A stretch of DNA of 64,000 nt from Macrostomum lignano (GCA_002269645.1 NIVC01003711.1:1-64000); one strand, 5' to 3'. Shown: positions 25,331 through 48,716, counted from the stretch's first letter. Notes: a model not told the origin generated them from the letters alone. Numbers and translations are program-made.

Positions 25331-27296
25331 CCCATTCAGAACTATTCCTTATACTCATTCAAATAATTCCCACAGTGCCAATCAAAATCATAATTTATGC
25401 CAAATAATTCAGTAATAATAAGAGAGTTTTTGTTATGCTTCAAAAAGGTTTTAAAATATAATAAAAACTAAATTTCTTGAATCAACATCTTAATTCTTGA
25501 AATTTTCTCTTCAGCCTTTCCATGGTGGCTCAAAATTAAACTCTCAATAATTTGGTCACAAGTAGACTTCAACAACACCACTCACTCTTCTAGCATAGAT
25601 CCTAAGCCTAGTGTCCCTACAGTACAGCTGTTCCGCCTACTTAAAGATTTAAGTTTAAAACTTTACTTTAAACTCTTTCCCTCTAAAACTTATGTTATTT
25701 TGGTGAAATTAAGTTAAAAAGTTGTCACTTGTCAGTTAAAATTAAATTCTACTATTAAATAGTTACTTTTTAAAAGATTTGCCCAGAATTATTTCGCTGA
25801 TAATTGACTTGCTCTTTCCGCATAAAATTTTACATGTATATTCAATTTACTTTGAATTATAAATCCATTTATGCTACTTTTATATTTCTCGTCATTGCAT
25901 GGACAACTATAATTGTTTCTCACAAGCGCAACTCAATCTTAAGTCACTCTCCTGCCCTGAGTTGTTAAAACACAATCTCGATTACCCTCTAGTAACGAGT
26001 TCCTTTCCATTAATTACATTTATTCTAATCAATCATCCAAAATTCCTATAAATTGTCGCTTGACAAAAATATAACGGATTTACGCTAAATCGCACTTGCC
26101 ATTTCTATCGCTCACAAGAGTTGCATATGCATGTAGCCTAAACTGAATAAAAAATCCACATTCAACCTGAACTTAGCTTCTTTTCTAAAAATACCATCTC
26201 AGTTTGATTATCATTGAGTATAAAAATATTATACATAAACTGCAGATATATTTAGCGTAATATAACGTAACATTGATCTTAATAAATAAAGACACTAGTG
26301 AAGAAAAATATTTCTTAAGTTCTTTTTACTTAATAAAAATTGCAAATTTAAAAAATCCTTTTAAATGCATATGCTTGAACTACCTTTGTTATAACAACTG
26401 CAGCACGAATTTGCTGACAAAATGTTTTTGAAGTTAGCGTCTTTCCAAGAGTACCTCGACATTAGGGAACGGAGCAAAAATTCAATCTGTGCATAAGGTT
26501 CTGGTAAATATCGCTAGTAATTGTTTGCCTTTTTGCTATCTTAAAAGATTAAAAATATGGTAAAAAAACTCAAATTTAATTGTGTTTAGCATCAACGCTA
26601 TTACATGTATATCTAGATATTTTATATTTATCCATCCAAGTACACGTACATACTGATACTGCGTGAGAGAATCGATTCATTAGATTTGAATATTATTATT
26701 CGAATGACCTTATATTGAGGTAACAATAAAAACTCAATATGAAGTTTTGGAATTTTTTATAACTGAAGCAAACTATTTAAAATGTTACAGCCTACTCAAA
26801 TTTGTTGCATTTATATTTCTAACTATTGTGGTATAACTAGCTATTAAAAAAATTCAAATATAGCACAAGCATTGATTTACATGTTAAGCTGTTTGTTTTC
26901 TTCGCATTTACATGAAATTTAAACACACAAGCAAGTAAGAAAATAGTTTGAAATATAGCTTGCTATAGTCCTACTAAAGAATTTAAGATCATTAGAGCTG
27001 TACAAAAGAAACCAAAAGTATTGCTTATAAAACTCATCAATTTTATTACAATGCTTATCACTTCAGAGTTTTATTCTAACTCCGTGGTACACAAGGTAGA
27101 TCTCAAAAGTCTAAATTAGCTCTTAGCTATATACATTGTTACCTAGATATCTGTTCAGTAGAATTTTATTCCAGATTATTACTGCAGATTTAACTTTGTA
27201 TATTTCATTTTGTTTTTGCAGAAAAACTTTTGATTTGCCATTGCTGACTTATTTCCATTGCCTCTGTTTATGCGCATAAGCCTGTCACATTTATTC

Positions 27297-38299
<11,003 letters not shown>

Positions 38300-41004
38300 G
38301 CAATGATGGAGACTTCTGATTAGTGATGTCAGATGGACACTGGGTAGAGTTGCTATGGGGATTCCCTGAGATTCTATAAGGGTTATTTATTTTACAAAAT
38401 CTGGTGGCATCCCTCATGAGAGCTCTTTATGAGATTTCATCAGAGCTATGGGAGGTTTTTTAATACTTATCCATAAGATTTGATGAGAATTATGCATAAG
38501 ATTTGATGAGAATTGTCCATAAGATTTGATGAGAATTGTCCATAAGTTTTGATGAAAACTCTCCGTAAGATTCAATGAGAATTCTCTATGAGATTTGATA
38601 GGAATTCTCCGCAACATTGATAGAAATTCCATTTGTTTCTCGTAGCTATTCTCCCTAAGGTTAATGATCTCCCAGAATTAAATTTCAAGTTCTTCATAAT
38701 TTTTGCTCCAACAATCAGCTTGGCGTTGTCAAAGAAGCACTTGTGTGCCCAAAGCTGTGTCAATCAAGTGGCCGCCGGAAACGCACGCTTTTCTTCTATT
38801 TTTCCTGTTTTTTAGCCCGTTGTTTTTAGCCGTCAAAAGCATTGTGCCCTTTTTAAACAGAAATATTTTTGCTTTTTAAAGAGTTTTTAGTAAATAAATA
38901 AAATCCTCCTCAACTACTCATTTAGCCAACTGTTTGTCTGGCATGGAATGGCGGTTTTTCCATGGGTTTTCCATAGAAGCCCCTTGGTTCTGATTTGCAG
39001 ATATTCATATTCTATGCAGTAAGCAGTTACCTTTTAGCCAAGCGAAAGTCAATTGTTTTAACCAATTAGCTGCATTCGTTTTAACCTTTTAGCAGATTGT
39101 GACTGACAATAATTTGCTGGCTAGTTGTCGCACAATTTTATACTAACAGTAGTATAATCAGCTTATAACATTTTATATTCCTTGTTATGCATTGTGCCGG
39201 AATCCAAGATGTTGCCTAGTTGCTGTTGTTGGTGTTTGCATTACTATTCTGTCAGTAAACCACGCGCAGTTACTGAAGACTGGTGTGTTCTTCAGCTTCC
39301 CTGTCCTTTTGCGGTTGCATATTGATGTTTTATTATGATTTCTTCCTCTTGTGTTGCCTCTGGGCTTTTTCTGCTATTTTTCTATTTCACTAATAAACAG
39401 ACCAAAGCGCTGTGTCGCGGACCAGCAGAATAGCAGTGGAATCCAGACTTTCCCCAGCTATAGTATTAGAGAGACAATTACAGGTGATTCCAAACGGATA
39501 AAGCACTGGTTGATAATATTTTAGCTTGAAATATTTTTGTATTCGTAGCGTTTCAATGTCGTTTTTGTTATACTGCTAAATTTTTGTATAAATCCAGAAA
39601 ATAGCCGGCTATATAAAAAGACTATAAAAAGCACACTTTATTTAAACAACTGCCCAAGTTTGGATTGCTGTGTTTTTTACAACTAACCTCTGCAGTTACA
39701 TAATTTGTACTCTTGTAGTATTGGTTTTTACAGAACCTCCCTGCTGTAATAGCATTTCCTATTTTACCAAATCCTGCACTTTGATCGCATCTCTGCCCAT
39801 CGCTTTGGGGTTCAAAGATATTTTCGTGTTTAAATTGGCGCGAAAATTTCAGACTCTTAGTTCTATTATGATTTCGGATGATGATTATCGAATTTAAATT
39901 AACAAATGTCAATGTTTGGATTTTCTTAAAATTTGAAATCAACACGACGTAAAGAAGTTGTTATTAACAAAGACACAAAGACACAAACAACTTCAATTTT
40001 GTCCCGTGTCCCTACTTGAACATGTTCTACTTTAATTATTCAATAGTGAAGCAATGTCGGCTCTTCGCTCTTAATAATTATTGCGTGAATTCATTTTATT
40101 GGCAGGTTTGGTTTTTCGTTAGTTTTTGTCATTGAAACCATTGGTGGCCCAACCGCAACTCTCTTTCTCCTTTCAGAACTCATTTTGGTGATTGGACACT
40201 ATTATACAATTCAAATGCTTTATAATTTGTGGCTTCTTTCCTTTTTTGTGTTCGTCTTTTAAATAGAATTTAAACACACAAAAAACAATTGAGTAAAATT
40301 GCTGTTTGTCCTGTGGCTGCACATTGTGAATTATCAATGCAGTTTGCGACTTTCTCATTTACAAATATTACATTATGCTGCAAGACTAAATGAATTTAAG
40401 AGACACATTCAAGGTTTTTATTCATGCAGATTTTGTTTTTTTCATACATCCAGAAGAAGGTTAAAAGATTATAAGCTTTATTATGTAAGAGTACTCGTAG
40501 TTTATGATGAACTTCCGGTTTAATGCGCTTTTTAATTATTGGGACACGAATTAAGGACTACCAGTGGTCCTTGACACACACGGAAGTGGATTGGATAAAT
40601 AGGCTATTCTTCAATACAATGGACAACTTAATACTGCTACAGAAGGCCGCAATTACAACCTGGATGAGAAAAAATTCCAAACCCGATTAACTTAACAGAA
40701 TGAAAGTGGCACCGTAATAAATTAGGAATGAAAAACACACCAACACTGAAGAAATGGGTAATTGATTTCTTAGAGTTTTATCACACTGCAAGCATTGTAT
40801 GCGAATATTGTACAGAAGAGGGTGTCTGACAAATATGAATTATAGAATTATTACTCATGGAGAAAAATGCCAAAAATTTTTTTGTCTGAATGAAAATGTC
40901 AGCACGCCTACTAATTAGTAGGCGGATTAGTAAGGAAACGGGTCAAAGCAGAAAACAGAGATAAATTGATTGATCTATGGTGGGGGCTGACAAACCTTGA
41001 ACGG

Positions 41005-41345
41005 CATCCCTAAATCCCATAAGCCCTAAATCTCACAAGCCCTAAATCTCTCAATCCATAAATCTCACCATCCCTAATCTCACAAACCATAAAAACTACA
41101 ATCCCTAAATATCTCAATAACTAAATCCCACCATCCCTAAATCCCACAATCCCTAAATCTCAAAAACCCTACATCTCACCATCTCTAAATCTCACAAGCC
41201 CTAAATCTCACAAACCCTACATCTCACCATCTCTAAGTCTCACAAACCCTAAATCTCACCATCTCTAAATCTCACAAGCCCTAAATCTCATAAACCCGAA
41301 ATCTCACCGTCTTTAAAGCTCACAAACCCTAAATCTTAAAACCGA
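41005..41345. repeat. CCCTAAATCTCAC(A/C)A-type minisatellite
   Basis: About 20 degenerate ~15-bp copies. Confidence 0.8.
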
Positions 41346-41454
41346 AACTACAATGTTATTCTACCTTTTAAAAATCAAAACCCTACAAATTCACAAAAGG
41401 CTTATAAAAACCCGACCCCATCCAGACCTAGAGCAGGTCAGCTGATTTCACTCG

Positions 41455-41600
41455 CTACTAAAAGTACTAAAGTACTAAAAGTACTAAAAGTACTAAAGCA
41501 CTAAAAGTACTAACAGTACTAAAGTACTAACAGTACTAAAGTACTAACAGTACTAAAAGTACTAAAGTACTAAAGCACTACTTAAGTACTAAAATACTAA
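41455..41600. repeat. (AAAGTACT)n 8-9-bp microsatellite just downstream of the ENL stop codon
   Basis: About 16 copies, most containing the palindrome AGTACT. Confidence 0.85.
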
Positions 41601-41624
41601 GTGACTGATAGGCGGCGCCGTAGC

Positions 41625-44600
41625 TCAGGAGGCGCTGTCTGGCATGAGCAGATCGATCAGGCGCTTCACACAGTCTGGCCTGAGCCGGGCCAAGTCGAAA
41701 TTTGCATAGTCTTTGTCTTTATTAGTCAGCGCCTCGGATTCGGCCAGCACGGAGGCGAGAAGCTGCAGTCGGTCTGGATCGTCAAGCGAAGCGGCCAGCA
41801 GGCACAGCTGGAATCTCTGGTCGTATTCCTCCCGGCTCAGGCCAGACTGCGCCGACCACTGGTACTTGGGGTGGCGGGCCAGGGCAGAGGACTCGGCAGC
41901 CATGGCAGCAGCCGAGATCGGTATGGAGGCAGCCGCCAGGGGCGAGGAATCCGCCGACGAGCTTGGCGGTTCGGCGCCAGCTGCCGGCCGGAAGCCGGTG
42001 CTCTCGACGCTAACCTGCGACATCAGCTCCGGATCGTCTTTGGGCCCAGCGGCCGACTGCAGATAGGGGCTGAGCATTGGCGGCTCAGCCTCCAGCATTG
42101 GCGGGGGCTGAGCTGCCTGAGGCTGGGTGGAAACTGCAGCCTGTGGCGCTTGCAGAGCCGCCACCTTCGCTTCAATTCCTACAGTGTTGTCAACCGGCTG
42201 AAGCTGGTCGGAAACTGTGACAGCAACGGGGGCGGCGGTTGCCGGGGCGGCCAAGGCGGAAGCTTCAGTGACGTCGTCTCCGTCCGGCTCGTCGTGGCGT
42301 CGGCGCTTTTTCTCTTTACCGCCCTCGTGTCGATGCCGGCGCCGTTCGTGCCGCTTCCGCTCGGCGTCGCTGTCGGAGTCGCTGCGGCTTCGCGGCGCGC
42401 GATGATGATGGTGGTGGTGGTGCCGGTGGTGCTTCTCTTTCTTTCGTTTCTCCTTTTTTCGCTTTCGTCGATCGTCCTCGCTTTCGGTTGTTAAGCCGGG
42501 GGCGCCGCTGCCGCTTGGCTGCCAGCTGGCGGCGGATTCCGAGTAATTCGCTGGCGGCTGCTGCGCAACCGACGTTGGCGAAGACTTCATTGAATCGACG
42601 GCAACGTGCGGTGCAACAACGGCCACCATAGCTGGTGGAGCGGCTGTTGGCGGAGCGGACCAGCCCTGCTGCTGCTGCTGTGGAGGGGGGTTCAGTGTGT
42701 AGGAGGCATCGGCCGGTGGCAGAGCAGAGACGGACGCCTCGGCTTTGACGGCAACTGGCGGCGGCGGCGGTACCGCGCCGGGCGAAGATTTAATCGGACT
42801 TTTGGAGATTTTCAGCACCAGCTTCTCGTTTTTCATTTCGTCGGTGCGCAGCTCGGCAACTCGGGGCGGCGCTGGTGGCGGCGGCGGCGGCGCCAACTGC
42901 TGCTGCGACAAGTCGAACTCGGAGACGGCCGGTGATGCCGCCACTGCTGGTTCGGTTTTGACGGCTGCCGGCTGCTGCTTGGGCCGAGCCGAGTAGCCAC
43001 CGGTGCCGCTGGATTCTCGAAGCTTCGCTTTGTTTGGCGAGGCCAGCCGACTGCCAACGATGCTCCTGCCGCTGCCCGCCGCCGCCAACTGCGACTGCTG
43101 CTGTGGAGACTGCGGCAGCGAGCCGGAGTGGACAGCCAATTGGTTGGCCAACTGCTGCTCGTCAGTTGAAGAAGCCGGCGACGCGAAGGTTTGTTCATCG
43201 GCTGGCAGCAGCGCCGCAGCCGCAGCCTTGGACTTGCTCTTGGACCGCACCAGGCCGCTGTTGCCCGACCCTCCAAGCTTGCTGGTCTTGGCTGGCTTCA
43301 CCTCGGCCGGGCCTAGCGGCGAATCCTCGGCCGGATCCACCACAATCTGGTCAGTAATCAATTAGAGGGGCATTGATAGTGAGCCCAGGTAGCACAGGTA
43401 AAATAGGAAAGAAGTGACTCTGGACGACTCTAAAACTACAAGATGCCCCGGTTCAATTGGACAAAAAGTTGTCAGTTGCCTTAGAGCCACTTGAAGCGTT
43501 TTATTAGCTGTGACTCTGACAGTGACAGGACGATATAACGACTCTGGGGCCGTAAAGTCGTAAGACAACGATTCTACAACTCACGTGACGCGATTGTGAC
43601 GCAACAGTCGCTAAAGTCACTAGTGAGTTGTTTGCAATCACTCTGTAGCGACTCTTGTCACAGTATAGTTTTAAATGGGGAGCGCAGTTGTAAATAGTGA
43701 GCACATTAGAGCACTTCAGGCATACACAATGAGCAGGTCAGGTTACTTACCCCACCAGCCCGGATAAGCTTCTCCCTGAACTCCGGGGGTCGCGGATTCG
43801 CGATGGAAAACGATTTGATAGACTTGCAGTTAATATCTTTGTCAAGCATGAGAAACACTTCGTATTCAAAGCCGGCCATTGAATTGTTGAAGTGCAGCTC
43901 GATTTTCATTGGAAACGTGCCAAATGCTTTCTCCTCAATTTCGAATGGAGGCTGGCTAACAACCCGCATGGGGTCGGGAAAGGTTGGGTGCAGCTGGAAC
44001 ACCACTCGTTCAACAAAGGATTCTAACTCTCCATGGCGGCCGCAGACCCAAACTTTCCAGACGTGTGTGGCATTTTGTACACTGGAATTTGGCAGCACCG
44101 GCTGAGTTGGTGCAGATGAGAGTCGCTTAGCCCAGTGGCCAATCTCAATCTCAATCTTTATCTGTGGGTGCCATTTAGTTAGCCATTCTTGATTGCATAC
44201 GCTTTTAAAATAAATCATAAGTAATCAATCAATTTTAAGTATTAATTTTAAGAATCTATTTATAGTGGTATTTATATAAAAGCATTAGCAAGTTAGTAAA
44301 TGTTAACTATTGTTCTAAAATAATCTACAAAATGATACTAATAATATACTGCATTGATAGTGCTATACCTTTTCCCCATTTGCTTGGTTTTCTAAGAAAC
44401 TTTTAATGATTTGAGTCATAAATAATTGATTTAAATGGGTTGTCATGCATTTTGGTATCTCAATTTGCTTTTTAATATCCTAGTTTGTATTTGCCTATGT
44501 CCAACAATAAACTTTATCTAAAAATAGGGTAAGTTGTAAGTTTTTTGACAGATTGAATCAGTGATTTATTTTCTAATTCATTCTTTGAATCTATTAGGAT

Positions 44601-46055
44601 AAATTTTAAAATATATAGATCTATGAACATTGGGTGTCTATCAAAAAAGTGCCAAGGGTCATTCTCTAGGATATAAGAGCAATATCTAGGCCATAGACTA
44701 GATCATGCTGAGTGCATGCCCAAACAAAAATTGAATAGTTAAAAATGTACACCAAAAAATGGACCTAGATATTGCTCTCTAGACTCTAGACTCTAGTCTC
44801 TAGACCAACCTCGCACATTGTGGTTCCTTCAAAAAGAAAGCCAGTATCAAATAGTAAGAGTTCCGAGTAAATGTTATAAGATTGTTTTCCGAGTTATTCA
44901 TTTGCAGAAGAGAAGTGAAGTGGCAGAGAACACATACAGTATATACTACTGAGAAGTGGAAGTAGTAAGAGACTATGAAGTAGATCCTAAATTGATACAT
45001 GAAAGAATAACCAGAGGCTGTGACCCTCTGATCTCGGTAATGCCCAGGATTGGAAGTACATGCAATACATATACCAGTAAGCCAATACTGCTCAGGCCAG
45101 AATAACAGTAAACACTACTAGAAAAATAGTAAACGCTACCGGAATAACAGGAGAACAATACAAGGCGATTTCTTAGTTTCCCGCGTTAAATTATTTTTTT
45201 GCCTTTTTCAGCTGATCATGGCCGGACGACCTCAGGCACGCCGTTTCATCGTTGACCTACACCTTCTGAGGCCCACCATTGAGCTCTGCGACCTCGACGT
45301 GAACCATCGGGAGCTGACTGTCCTCACTGGTGAGACGGGAGTGGAGTGGCTCGCTACATATGGCCTACTGCGAAATTCAATGGAGTGCCCTCATTGCGCA
45401 CTACTACCCCGCTGTCTGACATCCCTGACATCCCATCTATGGCCCCTGGACTTTTATATATGGACTTGGACTTCTTATTGCTTAATTGCTTATTGCTTGG
45501 ACTTACAAAATAATTTAACGCGGGAAACTAAGAAATCGCCCAATACAATTGTAAGGGCTAAATAGTATTCTAAGAACAATATACTCAGAAAAATTCTCAA
45601 ATAGATACTCAGACAACTACTTAGATATATACTCAGACTAATTCCAAGAAACATTTCTCAGACTTATTCTAAGATTAATAAACTCATAATTTATTAATAA
45701 AATAGTCTTGGTGGCACTGGCAGGCAGCAGCTACCAACATTAAGACATTTAACATAGAAAGAAGTATAACCCCTAGTACAACTTGGTGGCATTGTGGAAT
45801 CATTTATAAAGACAGAAGTTAAGCCCTTTGACAACTTTAGTGACAGCTGTGGAATCATTTGTAGAGACAGAAGAATCAGCCCTTCGACAACTTTGGTGGC
45901 AGCTTTAGGGTATTCAATAATAGGAATTAGAAAAGTAGCCCTACAACACTAGGCTTATTCAATTTATAATTTTAATAGAGCTCATTGTACTAAGACACAA
46001 AAAGAAACAATTTTAAAAGCCGCCAACTCACCTTCTCCTTCATTTTGCTAGTCAT
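41625..46055 (-). CDS. MLLT3: ENL/AF9 (MLLT1/MLLT3) YEATS-domain super-elongation-complex subunit, 3 exons
   Basis: Exons 46055-46032 (MTSKMKEK), 44161-43751 and 43346-41625, all phase 0 GT-AG. YEATS IEIGH...THVW.VWV.G...FVERVVFQLHPTF...PPFEIEE...FREKLIRAGG; central S/P/K/H-rich region; C-terminal AHD-like LQLLASVLAES...NFDLARLRPDCVKRL. Confidence 0.88.
43751..44161 (-). CDS. MLLT3: YEATS domain exon of ENL/AF9
   Basis: 137 codons; ends REKLIRAGG (AF9 RRKLLKAGG). Confidence 0.9.
45164..45540 (+). mobile_element. Internally deleted Merlin/ISXO2-type DNA transposon in ENL intron 1
   Basis: 34-bp perfect TIRs starting GG (GGCGATTTCTTAGTTTCCCGCGTTAAATTATTTT); 8-bp TSD CAATACAA (45156-45163, 45541-45548); ORF from 45218 with WLATYGLLRNSMECPHC, resembling the N-terminal zinc ribbon of these transposases. 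Confidence 0.75.
45700..45948 (+). mobile_element. Diverged LTR (U5) relic with tandem PBS-like units
   Basis: CCC..ACAACTT(T)GGTGGCA units at 45784, 45838 and 45894 (54-56-nt period), ending CCCTACAACA; resembles the U5 of the intact element. Left boundary not found. Confidence 0.55.
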
Positions 46056-46847
46056 GATGATTGATGTTTTTCAAATGTCGAATAGATAGAACCTACGAGG
46101 TATTTATAGCCTATACGAATGTGGCCTTTATAAATATAGCCTTCCTGTTAGTTAGTAGTAGAAAGAATCAAAATAATCCTGGTTCAAAATCAACTGATTA
46201 GTCATATATGATATACTTAACTTACTGCAGTTGCGCTATGCGCGGCTCTGGCGACTCTGCAGGCCTCTGCTACTAAAAATTACGACTTCTTTGAAAAGAA
46301 CTTTTTAAATGGGAGCGTTGCGTGTTTTGTTTTTTTGACATGAAGAAAAATATGGCAATCCAGTTAGGAATTCTATAATTATTAATGTTTATATTCACTT
46401 AGGCCCAGCCTAGTCTTTTTTTAATACATATAAAATACGTGTACTACTAACTTTAGATTTACTCTACTAACTGCTTCATCACAAAAATTTAAATTACACT
46501 GAAACGCTTTTTATTTGTGTACTTTATTTTTTATCGGATTCTTTACTTTTTGTCTTGTTTTATATACTATTGAGCTGACCTATACAGGTACTGTAGTAAA
46601 AAGATGCATCCGGCGTGTCCAGTAAGGTCGCTGGGCCAGTGAGGTCGGTGGGCCTGCCGCTTTTTAGCAGAGGCCCTGAAAATATTGCAAGGGGGCAAGC
46701 GAATTTTTGCCAAAATACAGTCTCACCCAGACCCACTCACTCTCACTTCTAACCTTCCGAGATACGCGCCTCATCTTACAGGTTCTGCCGACTTCTGTAG
46801 AGTAGAGCACTTCCTTTCCGAGCATATTTCATTATTTCCTATAATAT

Positions 46848-47663
46848 TGAGGCAGGCCCGATGTGTTTAATATTCACGTAACCATGATTTTAAATTTCCG
46901 CCAAACTACGCTTAACAACGCATTTTTGTTAGAACGAAATCTTTGTTTTAATGGGTTTGTTTTATTCGGGAAAATTATTTTGTTAAACCGCTATAAAGAA
47001 ATTTGTTTATTCACGACCCGCGCACCCCACCTCCCCCTTTTTGAGACTATAAATACAAGCGATTGCGGGCAATTTCCCCTTTGCCCGCCGTTTCCTCGAT
47101 TCGGTCAAGAAAAGCAAAACGTGTTGTCTTAGTCACTGGAAAGCAAGACAGGAGAGAAAGCTGTAAGAGGCCAGAAAAGCCGTAAGAGGCCAAGAAAGCC
47201 GTGAGAAGCCAGAAAAGCCGTAAGAGGCCAAGAAAAACTGTAAGAAGCCAGAAATAGACGGTTGACGAGTCGGGCAACTCCTTCCCAGGGAGCCCGCAAC
47301 TAAATATAGGGAATTAATAGTAGTAATAATAATAGTAGTGAGATTCATAACTACATGTAGACCAGTGTTTGCCGCTCGACACTGCTACCAGGGCGACTTG
47401 CATAGATTCAAGGAGTCCTTAGATTAGAATTCTAGACTTGATATTTTCTAAGAAGCAGCAATTGACTAAGCAATTTTATGGAGTAATAACTATTCTAAAT
47501 TACAACAACTTGATTCTGTAGTGTGATTATAAACTAAGAAGTGTATAGCCCTGGTATAACTTGGTAACAGCGGTGGGATATTAACAGACAGGAATACCCC
47601 CTAGAACAACTTGGTGGCAGCGGTGGGATATTATTAGAGAGGACAGGAGTTTCCCCTAGAACA
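46848..47663 (+). repeat. 5' LTR
   Basis: TGAGGCAGG...CCTAGAACA; TATA-like TATAAAT at 47048-47054. Confidence 0.95.
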
Positions 47664-47666
47664 ACT

Positions 47667-47678
47667 TGGTGGCAGCGG
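47667..47678 (+). promoter_or_regulatory. Primer-binding site (tRNA-Leu type), 3 nt after the 5' LTR
   Basis: TGGTGGCAGCGG is complementary to the 3' end of tRNA-Leu (..CCGCUGCCACCA). Confidence 0.8.
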
Positions 47679-47712
47679 AAAGGGATTGGAATCCGACTAA
47701 GTCGACCGCTAA

Positions 47713-47812
47713 AGCAAATAACGTGAGAGTACAGCAAATAACGTGAGAGTACAGCAAATAACGTGAGAGTACAGCAAATAACGTGAGAGTACAGCAAATA
47801 ACGTGAGAGTAC
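47713..47812 (+). repeat. Five perfect 20-bp repeats (AGCAAATAACGTGAGAGTAC) in the leader, abutting the gag ATG
   Basis: Read directly; ATG at 47814. Confidence 0.95.
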
Positions 47813-47813
47813 A

Positions 47814-48716
47814 ATGGCAGCACTTAATGACGCTATAGGTTTATTAGCAGAGGAGCTTAGGAACAGGCTAGAACTAGGGCCTATGAGGCATGTAAAGATC
47901 CAAAAGTACACTCCCAGCCAGGATGTACGAATTTGGTTGACTGCATTCGATCAAAGGTGTGATCAGGAAGGAATAGATCAGGAGCACAGGAAAACTGAAC
48001 TTCTAGCTAACCTAGATCTGTCAACTGCATTCGCTGCAGTACAGCGATTAAATTTACCCGAGGATTTGACGTATGAGGAATTTAAGGAGAGATTGGTGGA
48101 AAGATTTGGCCGGATTGGTAGCTCATCTGAGTGCAGAGAAGAGTTCAGAGGTAGGATGCAGGGTAGAAACGAGGCAACCGACGTGTTCGCCGATGCTTTG
48201 ATCGAACTAGCAGCTAGGGCGTTCCCAAATATGAACGCAGAACAGCGTGAAGAGGAAGTAATCGAGCAATTTATCAAGGGAGTAAGAATTTCCTCCGATA
48301 CCCGGGAGAAACTTATTTTTGCTCAGCCCACTAGCCTGCAGGAGGCCAGACGCATGCTTAGGAGAATAGAAGCAGCCTGGCATATGTCGCATAAGAACGG
48401 TGTCAGAGTCGTGAGAGACGAAGATGATGAGAAGAGCAAGCTAGAAAAGCTAATTAAGCTGCAGAAAGCTGAGCTCGAAGAGCAGAAGAAGTTAATTCAG
48501 GAACTGCAAACTGAAAAGCAGCAGCAGCCGCCAGTTACTCAGACTAGGCCGCAATACTATCAGCCAAGAGTTCAGGCGTTCCAGCCACAGCTTCGCCCGC
48601 TGATGCAGCAGCAGATAAGGAGGCAGATTCCGTGGAAGCCAACACAGAATGTAGTGCGACCTGGCTTTAACAACCAGAGTCGATTCCCTGCCCGCAACCC
48701 CAATCAGGGAAACTAG
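47814..48716 (+). CDS. gag: Gag (retrotransposon capsid-type, coiled-coil and Q/P-rich tail, no zinc knuckle)
   Basis: 300 aa; DVRIWLTAFDQRC, FKERLVERFG, EEFRGRMQGRNEATDVFADALIELAARAFP, IEQFIKGV. Confidence 0.88.
   Translation: MAALNDAIGLLAEELRNRLELGPMRHVKIQKYTPSQDVRIWLTAFDQRCDQEGIDQEHRKTELLANLDLSTAFAAVQRLNLPEDLTYEEFKERLVERFGRIGSSSECREEFRGRMQGRNEATDVFADALIELAARAFPNMNAEQREEEVIEQFIKGVRISSDTREKLIFAQPTSLQEARRMLRRIEAAWHMSHKNGVRVVRDEDDEKSKLEKLIKLQKAELEEQKKLIQELQTEKQQQPPVTQTRPQYYQPRVQAFQPQLRPLMQQQIRRQIPWKPTQNVVRPGFNNQSRFPARNPNQGN

Noticed and set aside
46260-46678. Imperfect inverted repeat CAGG(G)CCTCTGCT..AAAAA as a hAT MITE
   Set aside because: Short, gapped match and no TSD.
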